DNA from: Bacteroidales bacterium UBA6248 | GTDB lineage: Bacteria; Bacteroidota; Bacteroidia; Bacteroidales; Lentimicrobiaceae | Assembly: GCA_002441345.1 (NCBI GenBank) | Contig: DJVU01000081.1 | Location: 11,886 to 75,885 of the forward strand | Direction: 5' to 3' | DNA: 64,000 nt | Part shown: positions 1 to 9,625 of the stretch, piece by piece | How the letters are laid out: the number at the start of each line of letters is the position of its first letter | Position numbering within the stretch: position 1 is the first letter of the stretch | Notes under the pieces: generated by a model | The model's database searches: none | What the model saw: the letters and a program-made list of their open reading frames with translations, nothing else | What the model was told of the DNA's origin: nothing | Position numbers and translations under genes: made by a program

Positions 1-2
1 CC

Positions 3-626
3 CGTTTGGCACAGCTTGCACGCGCTATTGGCATTCACCTGGTTATTGCTACTCAAAGACCTTCGGTTAACATCATTACCGGTACGATTAAAGCCAACTT
101 CCCTGCACGTATCGCTTTCAGGGTTATTTCGAAAATCGACTCCAGAACCATTCTCGACACCGGAGGAGCCGATCAGCTTGTTGGAAGAGGAGATATGCTT
201 CTGTCGACCGGCAGCGATCTTATCCGTTTGCAATGTGCTTTCGTCGACACCCATGAAGTAGAACGCATCACCGAATTTATCGGCTCGCAGCGGGCTTATC
301 CTGACGCCTACCATTTACCTGAATTTATTGAAGAACAGGATGTTAAGGAAGTTGAATACGATGCCGGGGAGCGCGATGAACTCTTTGAGGATGCCGCACG
401 TATTATAGTCCAGGCTCAGCAGGGCAGCACTTCTCTTCTTCAGCGTAAGCTGAAGCTGGGTTACAATCGAGCCGGGCGAATCATCGACCAGCTTGAGGCA
501 GCAGGTATTGTCGGCCAATTTGAAGGCAGCAAGGCAAGAGATGTAAAAGTGGCAAATGAGTTTGCTTTGGAACAATTTTTGAAAGACCTTAACTCTGACC
601 GCAAACAAACCGATTTTGAAATTTGA
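3..626 (+). CDS. ftsK: DNA translocase FtsK, C-terminal part (gene begins before the window)
   Basis: Motor motifs ARAIGIHLVIATQRPS, ITGTIKANFPARIAF and LVGRGDML; gamma-domain motif STSLLQRKLKLGYNRAGRIIDQLE. Confidence 0.96.
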   Translation, partial: RLAQLARAIGIHLVIATQRPSVNIITGTIKANFPARIAFRVISKIDSRTILDTGGADQLVGRGDMLLSTGSDLIRLQCAFVDTHEVERITEFIGSQRAYPDAYHLPEFIEEQDVKEVEYDAGERDELFEDAARIIVQAQQGSTSLLQRKLKLGYNRAGRIIDQLEAAGIVGQFEGSKARDVKVANEFALEQFLKDLNSDRKQTDFEI

Positions 627-636
627 AATTTAACGA

Positions 637-1266
637 ATGAAAACAATAACCGCAATACTCATTGCTGCGCTAATCTTCCCGGTTACTGCCGGTGCTCAGA
701 CAGATAAAAAAGCAAAAGCTATACTGGATGAAGTTTCAATAAAAACCAAATCCTATAAAACCATCCGTATAGATTTTACCTATCAGATGGAAAACAAAGC
801 CCAAAAGATCAATGACAGCTTTAAAGGCACCATTATCTCGAAAGGCGACAGCTACAAGCTCACATTCTCCGGACAGGAAGTTATCAGCAACGGCAAAACC
901 GTGTGGACGTTTCTGAAGGATGCCAACGAAGTTCAGATCAACAATGTAAGCCACGACGAAGAGAGCTTCTCCCCTACCTCCCTGCTCAACAATTACAGCG
1001 AGAATTTCAGGCCTAAGCTGGTTGAGGAAAATTCTAAAAATCAGATTATTGAACTTACTCCCATCCAGAAGAAAAACTTCAGTAAAGTAAAAATCACCAT
1101 CGAAAAGTCGAAGAAAATGCTCAGCAGCATCTCGATTTACGATAAGAACGGCAGCATATATACTTACACGGTAAACAAATTTGAAACCGATATCCCATTC
1201 AAAGACAGTATGTTTTCATTCAGAGCCGGGGAGCATCCGGGAGTTGACGAAATTGACATGCGCTGA
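637..1266 (+). CDS. lolA: Outer-membrane lipoprotein carrier LolA family protein
   Basis: Signal peptide, ISNGKTVW motif, C-terminal FSF...IDMR; usual ftsK-lolA synteny. Confidence 0.88.
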   Translation: MKTITAILIAALIFPVTAGAQTDKKAKAILDEVSIKTKSYKTIRIDFTYQMENKAQKINDSFKGTIISKGDSYKLTFSGQEVISNGKTVWTFLKDANEVQINNVSHDEESFSPTSLLNNYSENFRPKLVEENSKNQIIELTPIQKKNFSKVKITIEKSKKMLSSISIYDKNGSIYTYTVNKFETDIPFKDSMFSFRAGEHPGVDEIDMR

Positions 1267-1293
1267 TTTATTGACAGCTGAAAAATCTGTTCT

Positions 1294-1316
1294 GGGCCCT
1301 TCCGGGCCTTTTTTTA
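1294..1316 (+). terminator. Intrinsic terminator of ftsK-lolA
   Basis: GGCCC-TTCC-GGGCC hairpin followed by a T7 run. Confidence 0.75.
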
Positions 1317-1356
1317 TTTATGCCGGCAGGCAGGGTACCGGAAAATGCAGAAGTCG

Positions 1357-1385
1357 TGAACATGTTCATCGTCTAAGCGTTGTAT
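1357..1385 (+). promoter_or_regulatory. Possible ECF sigma-factor promoter
   Basis: GAAC-N16-CGTT about 25 nt upstream of ATG 1406. Confidence 0.4.
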
Positions 1386-1405
1386 GAAAAACCAAACCAG
1401 AAACG

Positions 1406-1876
1406 ATGAATACACTCTACACTCTTTCTCTTTATCTGCACTCCTGGAACCGCTGGATAGTGCTTGCTGCAGGCGTTGCCGTTATTGCAATGGCAATGAA
1501 CGGATGCAGGAAACAATGCGAATACGGAAAGAAGCATAAAGTTGCTTCACTGATCTTTATGAGCAGTTTGCACGTGCAATTGCTCCTTGGTCTGTTGCTG
1601 TATTTTGTTCTCAGTCCCATAACCATGCATGCCCTGAGTGATTTTGGTGCTGCCATGAAAAACACAACCCTGCGTTACTGGGCTGTTGAGCATTCCTTTC
1701 TGAACATCATTGCCATTGTTTTGGCACAGACAGGTAGCATACTCGTAAAACGCAAAGCAGACGCACGTTCGAAGCATAAATCAACCATTATCTGGATGGG
1801 TATAGCATTCGTCCTTATTCTGCTTATGATTCCCTTGGGATTTATGGGAGAAGCACGTCCCTGGTTCAGATTCTGA
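1406..1876 (+). CDS. Four-TM membrane protein, cytochrome b-like
   Basis: Four hydrophobic segments with His in or next to helices (LHSWNRW, SLHVQLLLG, AVEH). Confidence 0.6.
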   Translation: MNTLYTLSLYLHSWNRWIVLAAGVAVIAMAMNGCRKQCEYGKKHKVASLIFMSSLHVQLLLGLLLYFVLSPITMHALSDFGAAMKNTTLRYWAVEHSFLNIIAIVLAQTGSILVKRKADARSKHKSTIIWMGIAFVLILLMIPLGFMGEARPWFRF

Positions 1877-1924
1877 ACCTAAAAATACGGGCAACAATAT
1901 CCATAATTCCGGAAATACCAGCCT

Positions 1925-1964
1925 GCCCCGGTCGTAACGTAAAATACGAAGACCGGGGCTTTTT
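1925..1964 (+). terminator. Intrinsic terminator
   Basis: GCCCCGGTC...GACCGGGGC perfect 9-bp stem plus TTTTT. Confidence 0.8.
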
Positions 1965-2254
1965 GCATCCTGTGCAACTCCCGGCATCCGCTGCAAAAGG
2001 ATGTTACACTGCATTTCACCCGCCCCCTCACCTCTCCGTTGACTGAACCGGGAAATTTATTCGTATATGAATTCCTTAGTGTACTATCGTCAAAAACCCC
2101 GGTAACCCGCCGAAGCAGTAATTAAAGGCTTAGTGTAAAAATAAATAGCAAATCAATAACAAAAACACCTCTCCGGAATTTTGAAGGCTATCATTTTGGC
2201 GTATATTTACCAGCTTAACACAAGGTATAACATTTTAAAAAAAAGTTGCCGCAG

Positions 2255-3004
2255 ATGGGAATATCCAGTCGGGACGCGGGATTGAATTATCATGTTTCGG
2301 TTGATTGCGTCGTATTTGGATTTGAATTCGGAAAGCTGAATGCACTGCTTATAGAGCGGGAGATGCAGTTTGAGGGTTCAACGTATACCGACCTTAAATT
2401 ACCGGGCGATCTGGTGCGCACAGATGAAGATCTGGACACAGCAGCTGCGCGTGTGCTCAGAGAACTTACCGGGCTTGAAAACATATATTTGAAACAATAT
2501 GCAGCCATCGGAACGCCAAACAGACTTACCCGGCTTGAGCGCGACATGGAATGGCTGAGGCAGATCGGACATCCGGAAAAGGTTGTGGTTACGGTTGCCT
2601 ATTATTCTCTGATTAATATTGATCAGGATAAGATCAACAAATTCCAGCTTCAGAAAAATGCACGCTGGCAGCCGGTATCGCAAATCAGCGAGCTGGCTTT
2701 CGATCATCTTGAAATCCTGAACGAAGCCCTTCAAACCCTTAGAACCGAGCTCCGGAGTAATCCCATCGGATTTGAGCTACTTCCTAACAAATTCACCCTA
2801 AGCCAATTGCAAAAACTTTATGAGATTATTTTGGGGGTAAGCTTTGATAAACGCAACTTCAGAAAAAAGGTAACCAATATGCCATATATCGTCCCTATCA
2901 ATGAAAAGGAACGAGGCGTATCGCATAAACCTGCCAGATACTATATCTTCAGTCAAAAAATCTATGAAAAAACCCGGAAAAATTCTCTCGACTTTTCCAT
3001 GTAA
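2255..3004 (+). CDS. NrtR-family transcriptional regulator (Nudix domain plus winged HTH; AraR/XylR-like)
   Basis: VSVDCVVFGF; degenerate Nudix box GDLVRTDEDLDTAAARVLRELTG; LAFDH; FTLSQLQKLYE...DKRNFRKK. Confidence 0.9.
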   Translation: MGISSRDAGLNYHVSVDCVVFGFEFGKLNALLIEREMQFEGSTYTDLKLPGDLVRTDEDLDTAAARVLRELTGLENIYLKQYAAIGTPNRLTRLERDMEWLRQIGHPEKVVVTVAYYSLINIDQDKINKFQLQKNARWQPVSQISELAFDHLEILNEALQTLRTELRSNPIGFELLPNKFTLSQLQKLYEIILGVSFDKRNFRKKVTNMPYIVPINEKERGVSHKPARYYIFSQKIYEKTRKNSLDFSM

Positions 3005-3096
3005 TATCAAGTGTTTTTAGCTGAATCCGCTGGAATGCAGTGCAACTTTTCGAGAGCAGTTTCGTTAATAAATCAGCATACTTACGACTAATACGC

Positions 3097-3666
3097 ATGC
3101 ACGACATAGAACCTTTTTATGCCTGGAGTAATCTGTATAATTCTTCCGAGGACATACATTCGCCTTTTTACGGGAGAACATACAGCGAAACGGAGTGTAT
3201 AAATTCCGTTTATAATTACTTCATTCACCCGCTATGGGACGAAATGGGCTCAGCCACACTCTACATGAAACTGCAGTATTCCGATTACCAGAGAGGTTTT
3301 TGTGTCATTGAATTTCTTGGTGAGTGGAACGACACCCTATACAACGACATCATGTATCTGAAGCGCAATGTGGTTGAGACCCTCATGGATGCCGGCATCC
3401 GGAAATTCATCCTGATCGGTGAGAATGTTCTCAATTTCCATGCAGACGATGATTCGTACTATCAGGAGTGGTTTGATGAAATTGAAGACGGGTGGATTGC
3501 CTGCCTTAACTTCCGCAGTCATGTGCTGGAAGAGATACACAGGAGGCACCTCGATTATTATCTTGCAACCGGCGGCCAACTGAACCAGATAAACTGGAGA
3601 ACACTTAATCCTCTGCAGCTTTATGCGCTGGTTGAAAATCTGATAACGAATCGACTAACGGCATGA
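3097..3666 (+). CDS. Conserved hypothetical protein, possibly STAS-like
   Basis: Long ORF; ATG 3097 preferred over GTG 3040; stop overlaps the next start (ATGA). Confidence 0.7.
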   Translation: MHDIEPFYAWSNLYNSSEDIHSPFYGRTYSETECINSVYNYFIHPLWDEMGSATLYMKLQYSDYQRGFCVIEFLGEWNDTLYNDIMYLKRNVVETLMDAGIRKFILIGENVLNFHADDDSYYQEWFDEIEDGWIACLNFRSHVLEEIHRRHLDYYLATGGQLNQINWRTLNPLQLYALVENLITNRLTA

Positions 3667-3944
3667 CTTCAGCAGAAAAGGAACACAGGGATATCCGTGT
3701 ATACGGGAGGGTTCAGGGCGTTGGCTTTCGCTATTATACGCGGAAATGCGCCCTCGACACCGGTGTAACCGGTTATGTTAGCAACGAAAACGACGGTTCG
3801 GTTTTCATAGAAGCGGAAGGTGCACCCGGGCGGCTTGATATTTTTGTGGAAATGTGCCGCAGGGGTCCGGCCAGGGCAATAGTTACCGATGTGCGGATCA
3901 TTCCCGGGCCACCGGTCAATTATCTTAACTTTCGAATCCGTTAA
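3663..3944 (+). CDS. acyP: Acylphosphatase
   Basis: VYGRVQGVGFR signature, GYVSN..DGSV, GP..A.V. Confidence 0.93.
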   Translation: MTSAEKEHRDIRVYGRVQGVGFRYYTRKCALDTGVTGYVSNENDGSVFIEAEGAPGRLDIFVEMCRRGPARAIVTDVRIIPGPPVNYLNFRIR

Positions 3945-4398
3945 ACAGACATTCCGGATTGTTCCGTATCATGGCAACAACTTTTCTATCGATGGGCAAC
4001 GTCATATTTTCAGGCCTGAGCGTTCGTGGATTAACCCAGCGAAATGTCTGAGCACCGTCAACCTGCTCAAAATCAAATACTTTTTCCGTAGTACGAAATG
4101 CCGGCTCGCCTTTTAAACGCGCCAGATAATATATATTCAGAATCTGCCAGGCTCCGGGCAGGAGTTCCGATTGCTGAAAGTAATCGGTGGTATAATAATG
4201 ACTGAGAATTTCCACTTCCTGATTCAGCTCTTCCAGGCATTCGCGTTTAAGGCAATCGACGGGCCCTTCGCCGAATTGCAGGCCTCCTCCGGGGAACTTC
4301 GTCATACATATGCCAAGCCTGAATTCGTCGGTAAGCAGGAGCTTTTGTTCATGCACGATAAGGCCATAAACACGGATGTTAAAATTTCCTTGTTCCAT
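3925..4398 (-). CDS. Nudix hydrolase
   Basis: Nudix box GGGLQFGEGPVDCLKRECLEELN. Confidence 0.9.
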   Translation of the reverse strand: MEQGNFNIRVYGLIVHEQKLLLTDEFRLGICMTKFPGGGLQFGEGPVDCLKRECLEELNQEVEILSHYYTTDYFQQSELLPGAWQILNIYYLARLKGEPAFRTTEKVFDFEQVDGAQTFRWVNPRTLRPENMTLPIDRKVVAMIRNNPECLFNGFES

Positions 4399-4402
4399 TA
4401 TT

Positions 4403-5089
4403 TTATATAGCTGTTGCTCTTAGCATTTCCCGTTTGCCAGGTGGACCAGGTATTCGCTCCACCCTCATGCCAGCCGCCTGCATGGCCCGTCGCACCATGC
4501 CTTTTGCACAGTAAGTAACCAGAGTTGCTCCTGCAGACATATGAGCCCTTAATGCCTGAAACACCTCCGGAGTCCACAAATCCGGAGCAACCTGCGGCGA
4601 GAATGCATCAAAATAAATCAGGTTATAACGCTTGTCCGTTTCACTCAGAAAATTATCAAGGGTCTTCCGTATTGCCGTATAGGAAAATTTTGCACTTATC
4701 GCTTCCGTTTTTTCCGGAGCAGCACTATGTATTGCTTCAAATTCCCGGCTAAGTTCAGAAAGCCCGTCCAGACTGCTGTAATTCAGCTCAGCAATAAGTT
4801 CTTTGCTCAGAGGAAAGGGTTCAATGGCTGTATAATCCACCGAAAGATCCCGATTCCGGCATTCGGCCAGGGTCAGCAGTGCGTTCAGGCCGGTTCCCAG
4901 TCCAACTTCCAGTATCCTCAGCCGGTTCTCACGACGAAGGTGATGCAGCATTCCTGCATGTATGAATACGTGAACCGATTCGGTCAGAGCTCCGTTGGTT
5001 GAATGGTAGTGTTCCCCTGCAAGCGGATTGTACAGTGTCCCTGATCCGTCGCCGGTAATAACCGGTATAAGTTTTACCTGTTCGTTCAT
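4403..5089 (-). CDS. mnmD: tRNA mnm5s2U34 methyltransferase (MnmC methyltransferase domain only, MnmD)
   Basis: EHYHS..GA..ES.HVF; ILEVGLGTGLN; YFDAFSP...PDLW; TY; GPPGKREML. Confidence 0.88.
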   Translation of the reverse strand: MNEQVKLIPVITGDGSGTLYNPLAGEHYHSTNGALTESVHVFIHAGMLHHLRRENRLRILEVGLGTGLNALLTLAECRNRDLSVDYTAIEPFPLSKELIAELNYSSLDGLSELSREFEAIHSAAPEKTEAISAKFSYTAIRKTLDNFLSETDKRYNLIYFDAFSPQVAPDLWTPEVFQALRAHMSAGATLVTYCAKGMVRRAMQAAGMRVERIPGPPGKREMLRATAI

Positions 5090-6402
5090 CGGTTATACAA
5101 CAAATGAATATCAACAATTTCCGCTTCCGGGACAAATGTGTGAACCGGTTGATTATCCGGGATTTGATAGACACCGGTGTTATAACCGGAACTTACAAAC
5201 AGCAGGTTTTCCATCGGGTCGTAAACCATTGCATTGATGCCACCTTGCTGAATGTAGCGCACCAGGCTGCCCGAGGCACTGCGGAACCACCACACATCGC
5301 TGCCTGCTGACAGAAAAGTATGCGATGTAAAATCGCCTGCAACTTTGTCAATTTCCGGAAACGGGAACTCCCGAATGGTAACGAATGCATGGAGCAGGTA
5401 AGAGAAAAGAAGGGCACGGCAGCTATCTGTTTCGTTGACATAGAGTACAACTCCTTCTTCACCGGATGCACCGAGGCCAGCGGCTTTTCCTGAAAATTGA
5501 ACCTGCATATACACCGTACCGCCCGGATAATTAAAAAATATAAGGCTGGAAAGGGTTCCCTGATATGGCTCGAAGATTGCTGCCAGCCAATTCTGGGTGC
5601 GCATCATGTGCGTAAATCGTCCGTTGGTAAAAACCGCACTCCGGAATGTTGCCATACCATCCGCATCGTACCCCTGAATGTAACCGTCGCGTATTGAAAT
5701 AAAAACTTCATTTTCCGTGCTGTATAAAGAATTGAAATATGGCAGCGGAGGTGCAGGAACGGCAGGGACGCTCCATTCCGTAGTCCCGTTCTGCAAATTC
5801 CAGGCCCGAAGGCTTCCTGTCTGGCTGCCGCAGGTATATACTATTTGTTTTGAAGAGCTTATCCCGGAACCGGTGTAATCGCCATCAAAAGAAAAAAGCA
5901 AATCCGTTTCCCGGTTTAAACCGGTCCGGTACACGCTGTATCTATCGGGACCGCTTTTGCATACACTGAGGAAGGCTGAAAGCGACTTTTCGGGCTGTTG
6001 ATAATTAAGGGTAATCCACGCACCGGAACTAACATCCGCTGCGTAGGCTCTGACCTGAAGCGTCAGATTGCCGGATGCCAGAAGAAGATTATCCAGGGAT
6101 ATTATTGCGTTCAGATTATATTCCGTAACGCCGGCAATAAAATCCATGGAAGGAGCAACGGGCTGACCTGCAGTTCCGAGCAGTGAAACTCTTACAAAAT
6201 CGATGCGGTCATGATGCGTAATTTTTGCTTCAACCATGAGTGTATCGCCGTATCCGCAGCTCTGACCTTCAAAAGGAGAATAAACCCTGATTTCCGGAGG
6301 CAAAATGTAATCTTCCGCAGGAGTGCAGGCAGTACAAAAAAGAATACCGGCCAAAATAGCCTTAAGCCCGTTGAAAGAAAAAACACGACACCATCGTTTC
6401 AT
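5086..6402 (-). CDS. Hypothetical lipoprotein, Ig-like N-terminus and probable beta-propeller
   Basis: Lipobox-like CTAC after a hydrophobic stretch; 438-aa beta-rich ORF; overlaps mnmD start. Confidence 0.6.
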   Translation of the reverse strand: MKRWCRVFSFNGLKAILAGILFCTACTPAEDYILPPEIRVYSPFEGQSCGYGDTLMVEAKITHHDRIDFVRVSLLGTAGQPVAPSMDFIAGVTEYNLNAIISLDNLLLASGNLTLQVRAYAADVSSGAWITLNYQQPEKSLSAFLSVCKSGPDRYSVYRTGLNRETDLLFSFDGDYTGSGISSSKQIVYTCGSQTGSLRAWNLQNGTTEWSVPAVPAPPLPYFNSLYSTENEVFISIRDGYIQGYDADGMATFRSAVFTNGRFTHMMRTQNWLAAIFEPYQGTLSSLIFFNYPGGTVYMQVQFSGKAAGLGASGEEGVVLYVNETDSCRALLFSYLLHAFVTIREFPFPEIDKVAGDFTSHTFLSAGSDVWWFRSASGSLVRYIQQGGINAMVYDPMENLLFVSSGYNTGVYQIPDNQPVHTFVPEAEIVDIHLLYNR

Positions 6403-6627
6403 AATACCGGCAAACGTACATTATTTTAAACAGCTTAAGCAGGCGATAGTTAAAAAACAAATAAAAATCCGAAGCAATGAAACAATCGAAAAGGCATCCC
6501 TCACGCCCGGGGCATTAGAGTACATCGTATACAAAAACCGGAGCCGGCCTGATTTTTTCTGAAAAAAGAACTGTTTACGCATGCAGAGCGGGATTTTTCT
6601 TACTTTTAACTATCAAAACAACTACCT

Positions 6628-7344
6628 ATGCTTGACGATCTCAACATTGAAAATGTACTGTTTCTTGACATAGAAACGGTATCTCAGTATCCGGATTACA
6701 ACGATTTACCTGAGGATATCCGGAAATTCTGGAACCACAAAGCAGAAAGCCTGAAAAATATCCGTAATGAAAAGGCCGAGGATCCTGAAGTCTTATATGG
6801 CAAGGCCGGGATTTATGCCGAATTCGGAAAAATCATCTGCATTTCGGCTGGCTTTATCCGCAAGGAACAGCTCAGGATAAAATCGTTTGCCGGTGACGAT
6901 GAGCGGGAATTGCTCAGCAACTTCTCCCTGCTTCTGCAAAAAAGCTTTAACAGCAGCGACCACCTGCTCTGCGCCCACAACGGCAAGGAATTCGATTTTC
7001 CTTACATCTCAAGACGGATGCTGGTCAACGGCATACGTATACCGTCATTACTCGACATATCAGGGAAAAAGCCATGGGAAGTGAAACATCTGGACACCAT
7101 GGAACTTTGGAAATTCGGGGATTACAAAAACTACACATCTCTGGCACTGCTGACTTCCATTTTCAACATTCCCACTCCGAAGGATGATATCGACGGAAGT
7201 CAGGTAGGCGGTGTGTACTGGAATGAGAAAAACCTGCCACGCATTGTTGAGTACTGTCAGAAGGATGTGGTTGCCATTGTCCAGTTATTGCGCCGGTATA
7301 AAGGCATGGAACTTATTGACCCCTCGAATATCAATTTTGCCTGA
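6628..7344 (+). CDS. PolB-like DEDD 3'-5' exonuclease
   Basis: ExoI FLDIET, ExoII AHNGKEFDFP, HLDTM, ExoIII YCQKDV. Confidence 0.9.
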   Translation: MLDDLNIENVLFLDIETVSQYPDYNDLPEDIRKFWNHKAESLKNIRNEKAEDPEVLYGKAGIYAEFGKIICISAGFIRKEQLRIKSFAGDDERELLSNFSLLLQKSFNSSDHLLCAHNGKEFDFPYISRRMLVNGIRIPSLLDISGKKPWEVKHLDTMELWKFGDYKNYTSLALLTSIFNIPTPKDDIDGSQVGGVYWNEKNLPRIVEYCQKDVVAIVQLLRRYKGMELIDPSNINFA

Positions 7345-7433
7345 TGCGTTAAAAAAGTATAATTAATCTGCCTTACGGCTGAAAGAAGGCCGGCGAATTC
7401 CTATTTTTGTTTCTTCAAATAAACAAACTATAC

Positions 7434-8180
7434 ATGAAAAAAATTACCGGAGTATTTGCATTGCTCCTGCTGTTTTCGGCAGTTTGCTCTGACGGTGCGT
7501 TTGCACAGAAAACATCCAAAAAGAAAAGTAAAGACAAAACACAAGCCGCAGAAACAGTTATCCTTCAGAACAGGCTTGACTCTATAAGCTATATTATCGG
7601 CCGTGATATTGGCCGGAATATGACAACCAACAGCATTGAAGTAAACGAGGATGTTATGTTTGCCGGTCTGAAAGACGGACTGCGTGGCATCGACAGCGTT
7701 CTTAGTGAGGAAGCAACAGAACATGTAATGTCAATTTTCCAGCAGGAAATGATGATGAAACAGCAACAAAAGACAATGGCTGAATCAAGCGTTGCCAGAG
7801 CTGCCGGCGAAGCATTCCTTGAGGCAAACAAAACCCAGCCCGGTGTTGTTGCGCTGCCAAGCGGACTACAATTTAAGGTTGTTACAGAAGGTGAAGGCGA
7901 GCATCCCTCGGCTGAAGACATCGTTGAAGTGCATTATACCGGCACCCTTATCGATGGTACCGTATTTGATTCGTCCGTTGAACGCGGAGAGAGCATCAAA
8001 TTCCCGCTCAACGGAGTTATTCCCGGATGGACGGAAGGCGTTCAGCTGATGAAACCGGGATCCAAATACATCTTCTACATCCCTTCAGCACTCGCTTACG
8101 GTGATCGTGGTGCCGGACCCATTCCCGGCGGATCCGTTCTTATCTTTGAAGTAGAACTGATTTCAATAGAAAAGCAATAA
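7434..8180 (+). CDS. FKBP-type peptidyl-prolyl isomerase (FkpA/Mip-like)
   Basis: Signal peptide; DSISY.IG; VHYTGTLIDGTVFDSS; VIPGWTEG; IPSALAYG; TATTTTTG promoter at 7402. Confidence 0.95.
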   Translation: MKKITGVFALLLLFSAVCSDGAFAQKTSKKKSKDKTQAAETVILQNRLDSISYIIGRDIGRNMTTNSIEVNEDVMFAGLKDGLRGIDSVLSEEATEHVMSIFQQEMMMKQQQKTMAESSVARAAGEAFLEANKTQPGVVALPSGLQFKVVTEGEGEHPSAEDIVEVHYTGTLIDGTVFDSSVERGESIKFPLNGVIPGWTEGVQLMKPGSKYIFYIPSALAYGDRGAGPIPGGSVLIFEVELISIEKQ

Positions 8181-8184
8181 GAAT

Positions 8185-9606
8185 TTGTCTGATAAAGTCG
8201 CTGCATTATCAAAGTCCACTTTTATACGTGGGGTACAATGTCTGAAATCGCTGTACCTGAACAAAAACAGACCTTTTCTGCGCGACAGGCTGAGTGCCGA
8301 ACAACTGGCCAAATTCAAACGGGGGCACGAGATCGGCCATCTTGCCCGTGATCTTTATCCCGGAGGAATAAACTGTGCTCCCGGGCATCCTTCACAATAC
8401 AGGGCTGCTTTGGAGAAAACGGCTCAGAGCATTGCCAACGGCGATTCCGTAATTTACGAAGCAGCGTTCCGGCACGAAGGCATTCTGGTGCTTCTCGACA
8501 TACTTATTAAAGATGGTGCAACCTGGCATGCCCTGGAAGTTAAAAGCTCGCTGCACATCTCTGAAACATACCTTACCGATGCAGCCCTGCAGTATTATGT
8601 TATTAAAGGGAGCGGACTTACACCGGAAACTATCCGTATTGTGCATCTGAATCCGGCATACCGCTTAATCGGATCTCTCGATATTCAACAGCTTTTTGTA
8701 ACAACAGACGTTACCGAAAAAGTTCTGGCTCTTCAGGAATACATCGGAATTCAAATCGAAAAATCGAGAGAAGCACTTACGCTGAAAAAGTCGCCCGATA
8801 TACCGGTTGGCAGGCATTGCCGTCACCCCTACCCTTGCGATTTCACCGGACATTGCTGGAAAAATATAAAATCCGAATCCGTATTCAGCCTTACCGGATT
8901 GCCATTCGACAGGAGGTGTGCACTTTATGAAAACGGATATACCGAAATCACAGGCATTCCAGAAGAATCCTTGCCGGAAAAGGAACAGATTATCCTAAGA
9001 GCGCACCGGACTCAGCGTAATTACGTCAATTCGGATCGTTTGCACAAACGCCTTGCATTTGAGGAACAGCCGGTGTTCGTTTCATTTTTTGTATTCCGCT
9101 CTGCACTACCGTTATTTGAGGGACATCGTCCCTTTGAACCAGTAATTTTTGCCTCAGCTAGTTGTGAAGGCAACCAGAACCCTCAGTCTGTTACTGCCTT
9201 TCCGGGAAGCAATCCGGCACCCGATATCCGAAACTTCCTCGCACAAATCCTGAATTCCGGAAGACCTGTGGTTTACTTTGGAAATGAGCAAATTCGCCAA
9301 GCTCTGGATGAACCGGAAATTTTCTGCAACGATGATCGTTTTCTTAATCTGGCAGAAGTATTTGAAGACAGGGATTTCTACACACCAGGATTGGATCCGG
9401 AGGGCGGACTGTTTGAAACTGCTGCTGCACTCCGTCTTTCTGGCAACAGCACCGGCTATATTTCTGAAATCATGCAGGGTGTGCGTTATCTGAACATTAC
9501 CGGCGAAAACCGGGAAGAAACGTTAAAGGCAATACGGGAAGAAATTCAGGAGGCGGCAGTATTGACAAGCCGGATATACCAGTTTCTGAATGAATTGATA
9601 TCCTGA
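8185..9606 (+). CDS. DUF2779-type protein: Cas4-like PD-(D/E)XK nuclease fused to a degenerate RNase H-like domain
   Basis: LSKSTFIRGVQC; DIL...EVKSS; DAALQYY; C-x5-C-x5-C (CRHPYPCDFTGHC). Confidence 0.7.
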   Translation: MSDKVAALSKSTFIRGVQCLKSLYLNKNRPFLRDRLSAEQLAKFKRGHEIGHLARDLYPGGINCAPGHPSQYRAALEKTAQSIANGDSVIYEAAFRHEGILVLLDILIKDGATWHALEVKSSLHISETYLTDAALQYYVIKGSGLTPETIRIVHLNPAYRLIGSLDIQQLFVTTDVTEKVLALQEYIGIQIEKSREALTLKKSPDIPVGRHCRHPYPCDFTGHCWKNIKSESVFSLTGLPFDRRCALYENGYTEITGIPEESLPEKEQIILRAHRTQRNYVNSDRLHKRLAFEEQPVFVSFFVFRSALPLFEGHRPFEPVIFASASCEGNQNPQSVTAFPGSNPAPDIRNFLAQILNSGRPVVYFGNEQIRQALDEPEIFCNDDRFLNLAEVFEDRDFYTPGLDPEGGLFETAAALRLSGNSTGYISEIMQGVRYLNITGENREETLKAIREEIQEAAVLTSRIYQFLNELIS

Positions 9607-9625
9607 AGCATTACAAAAAAACATA

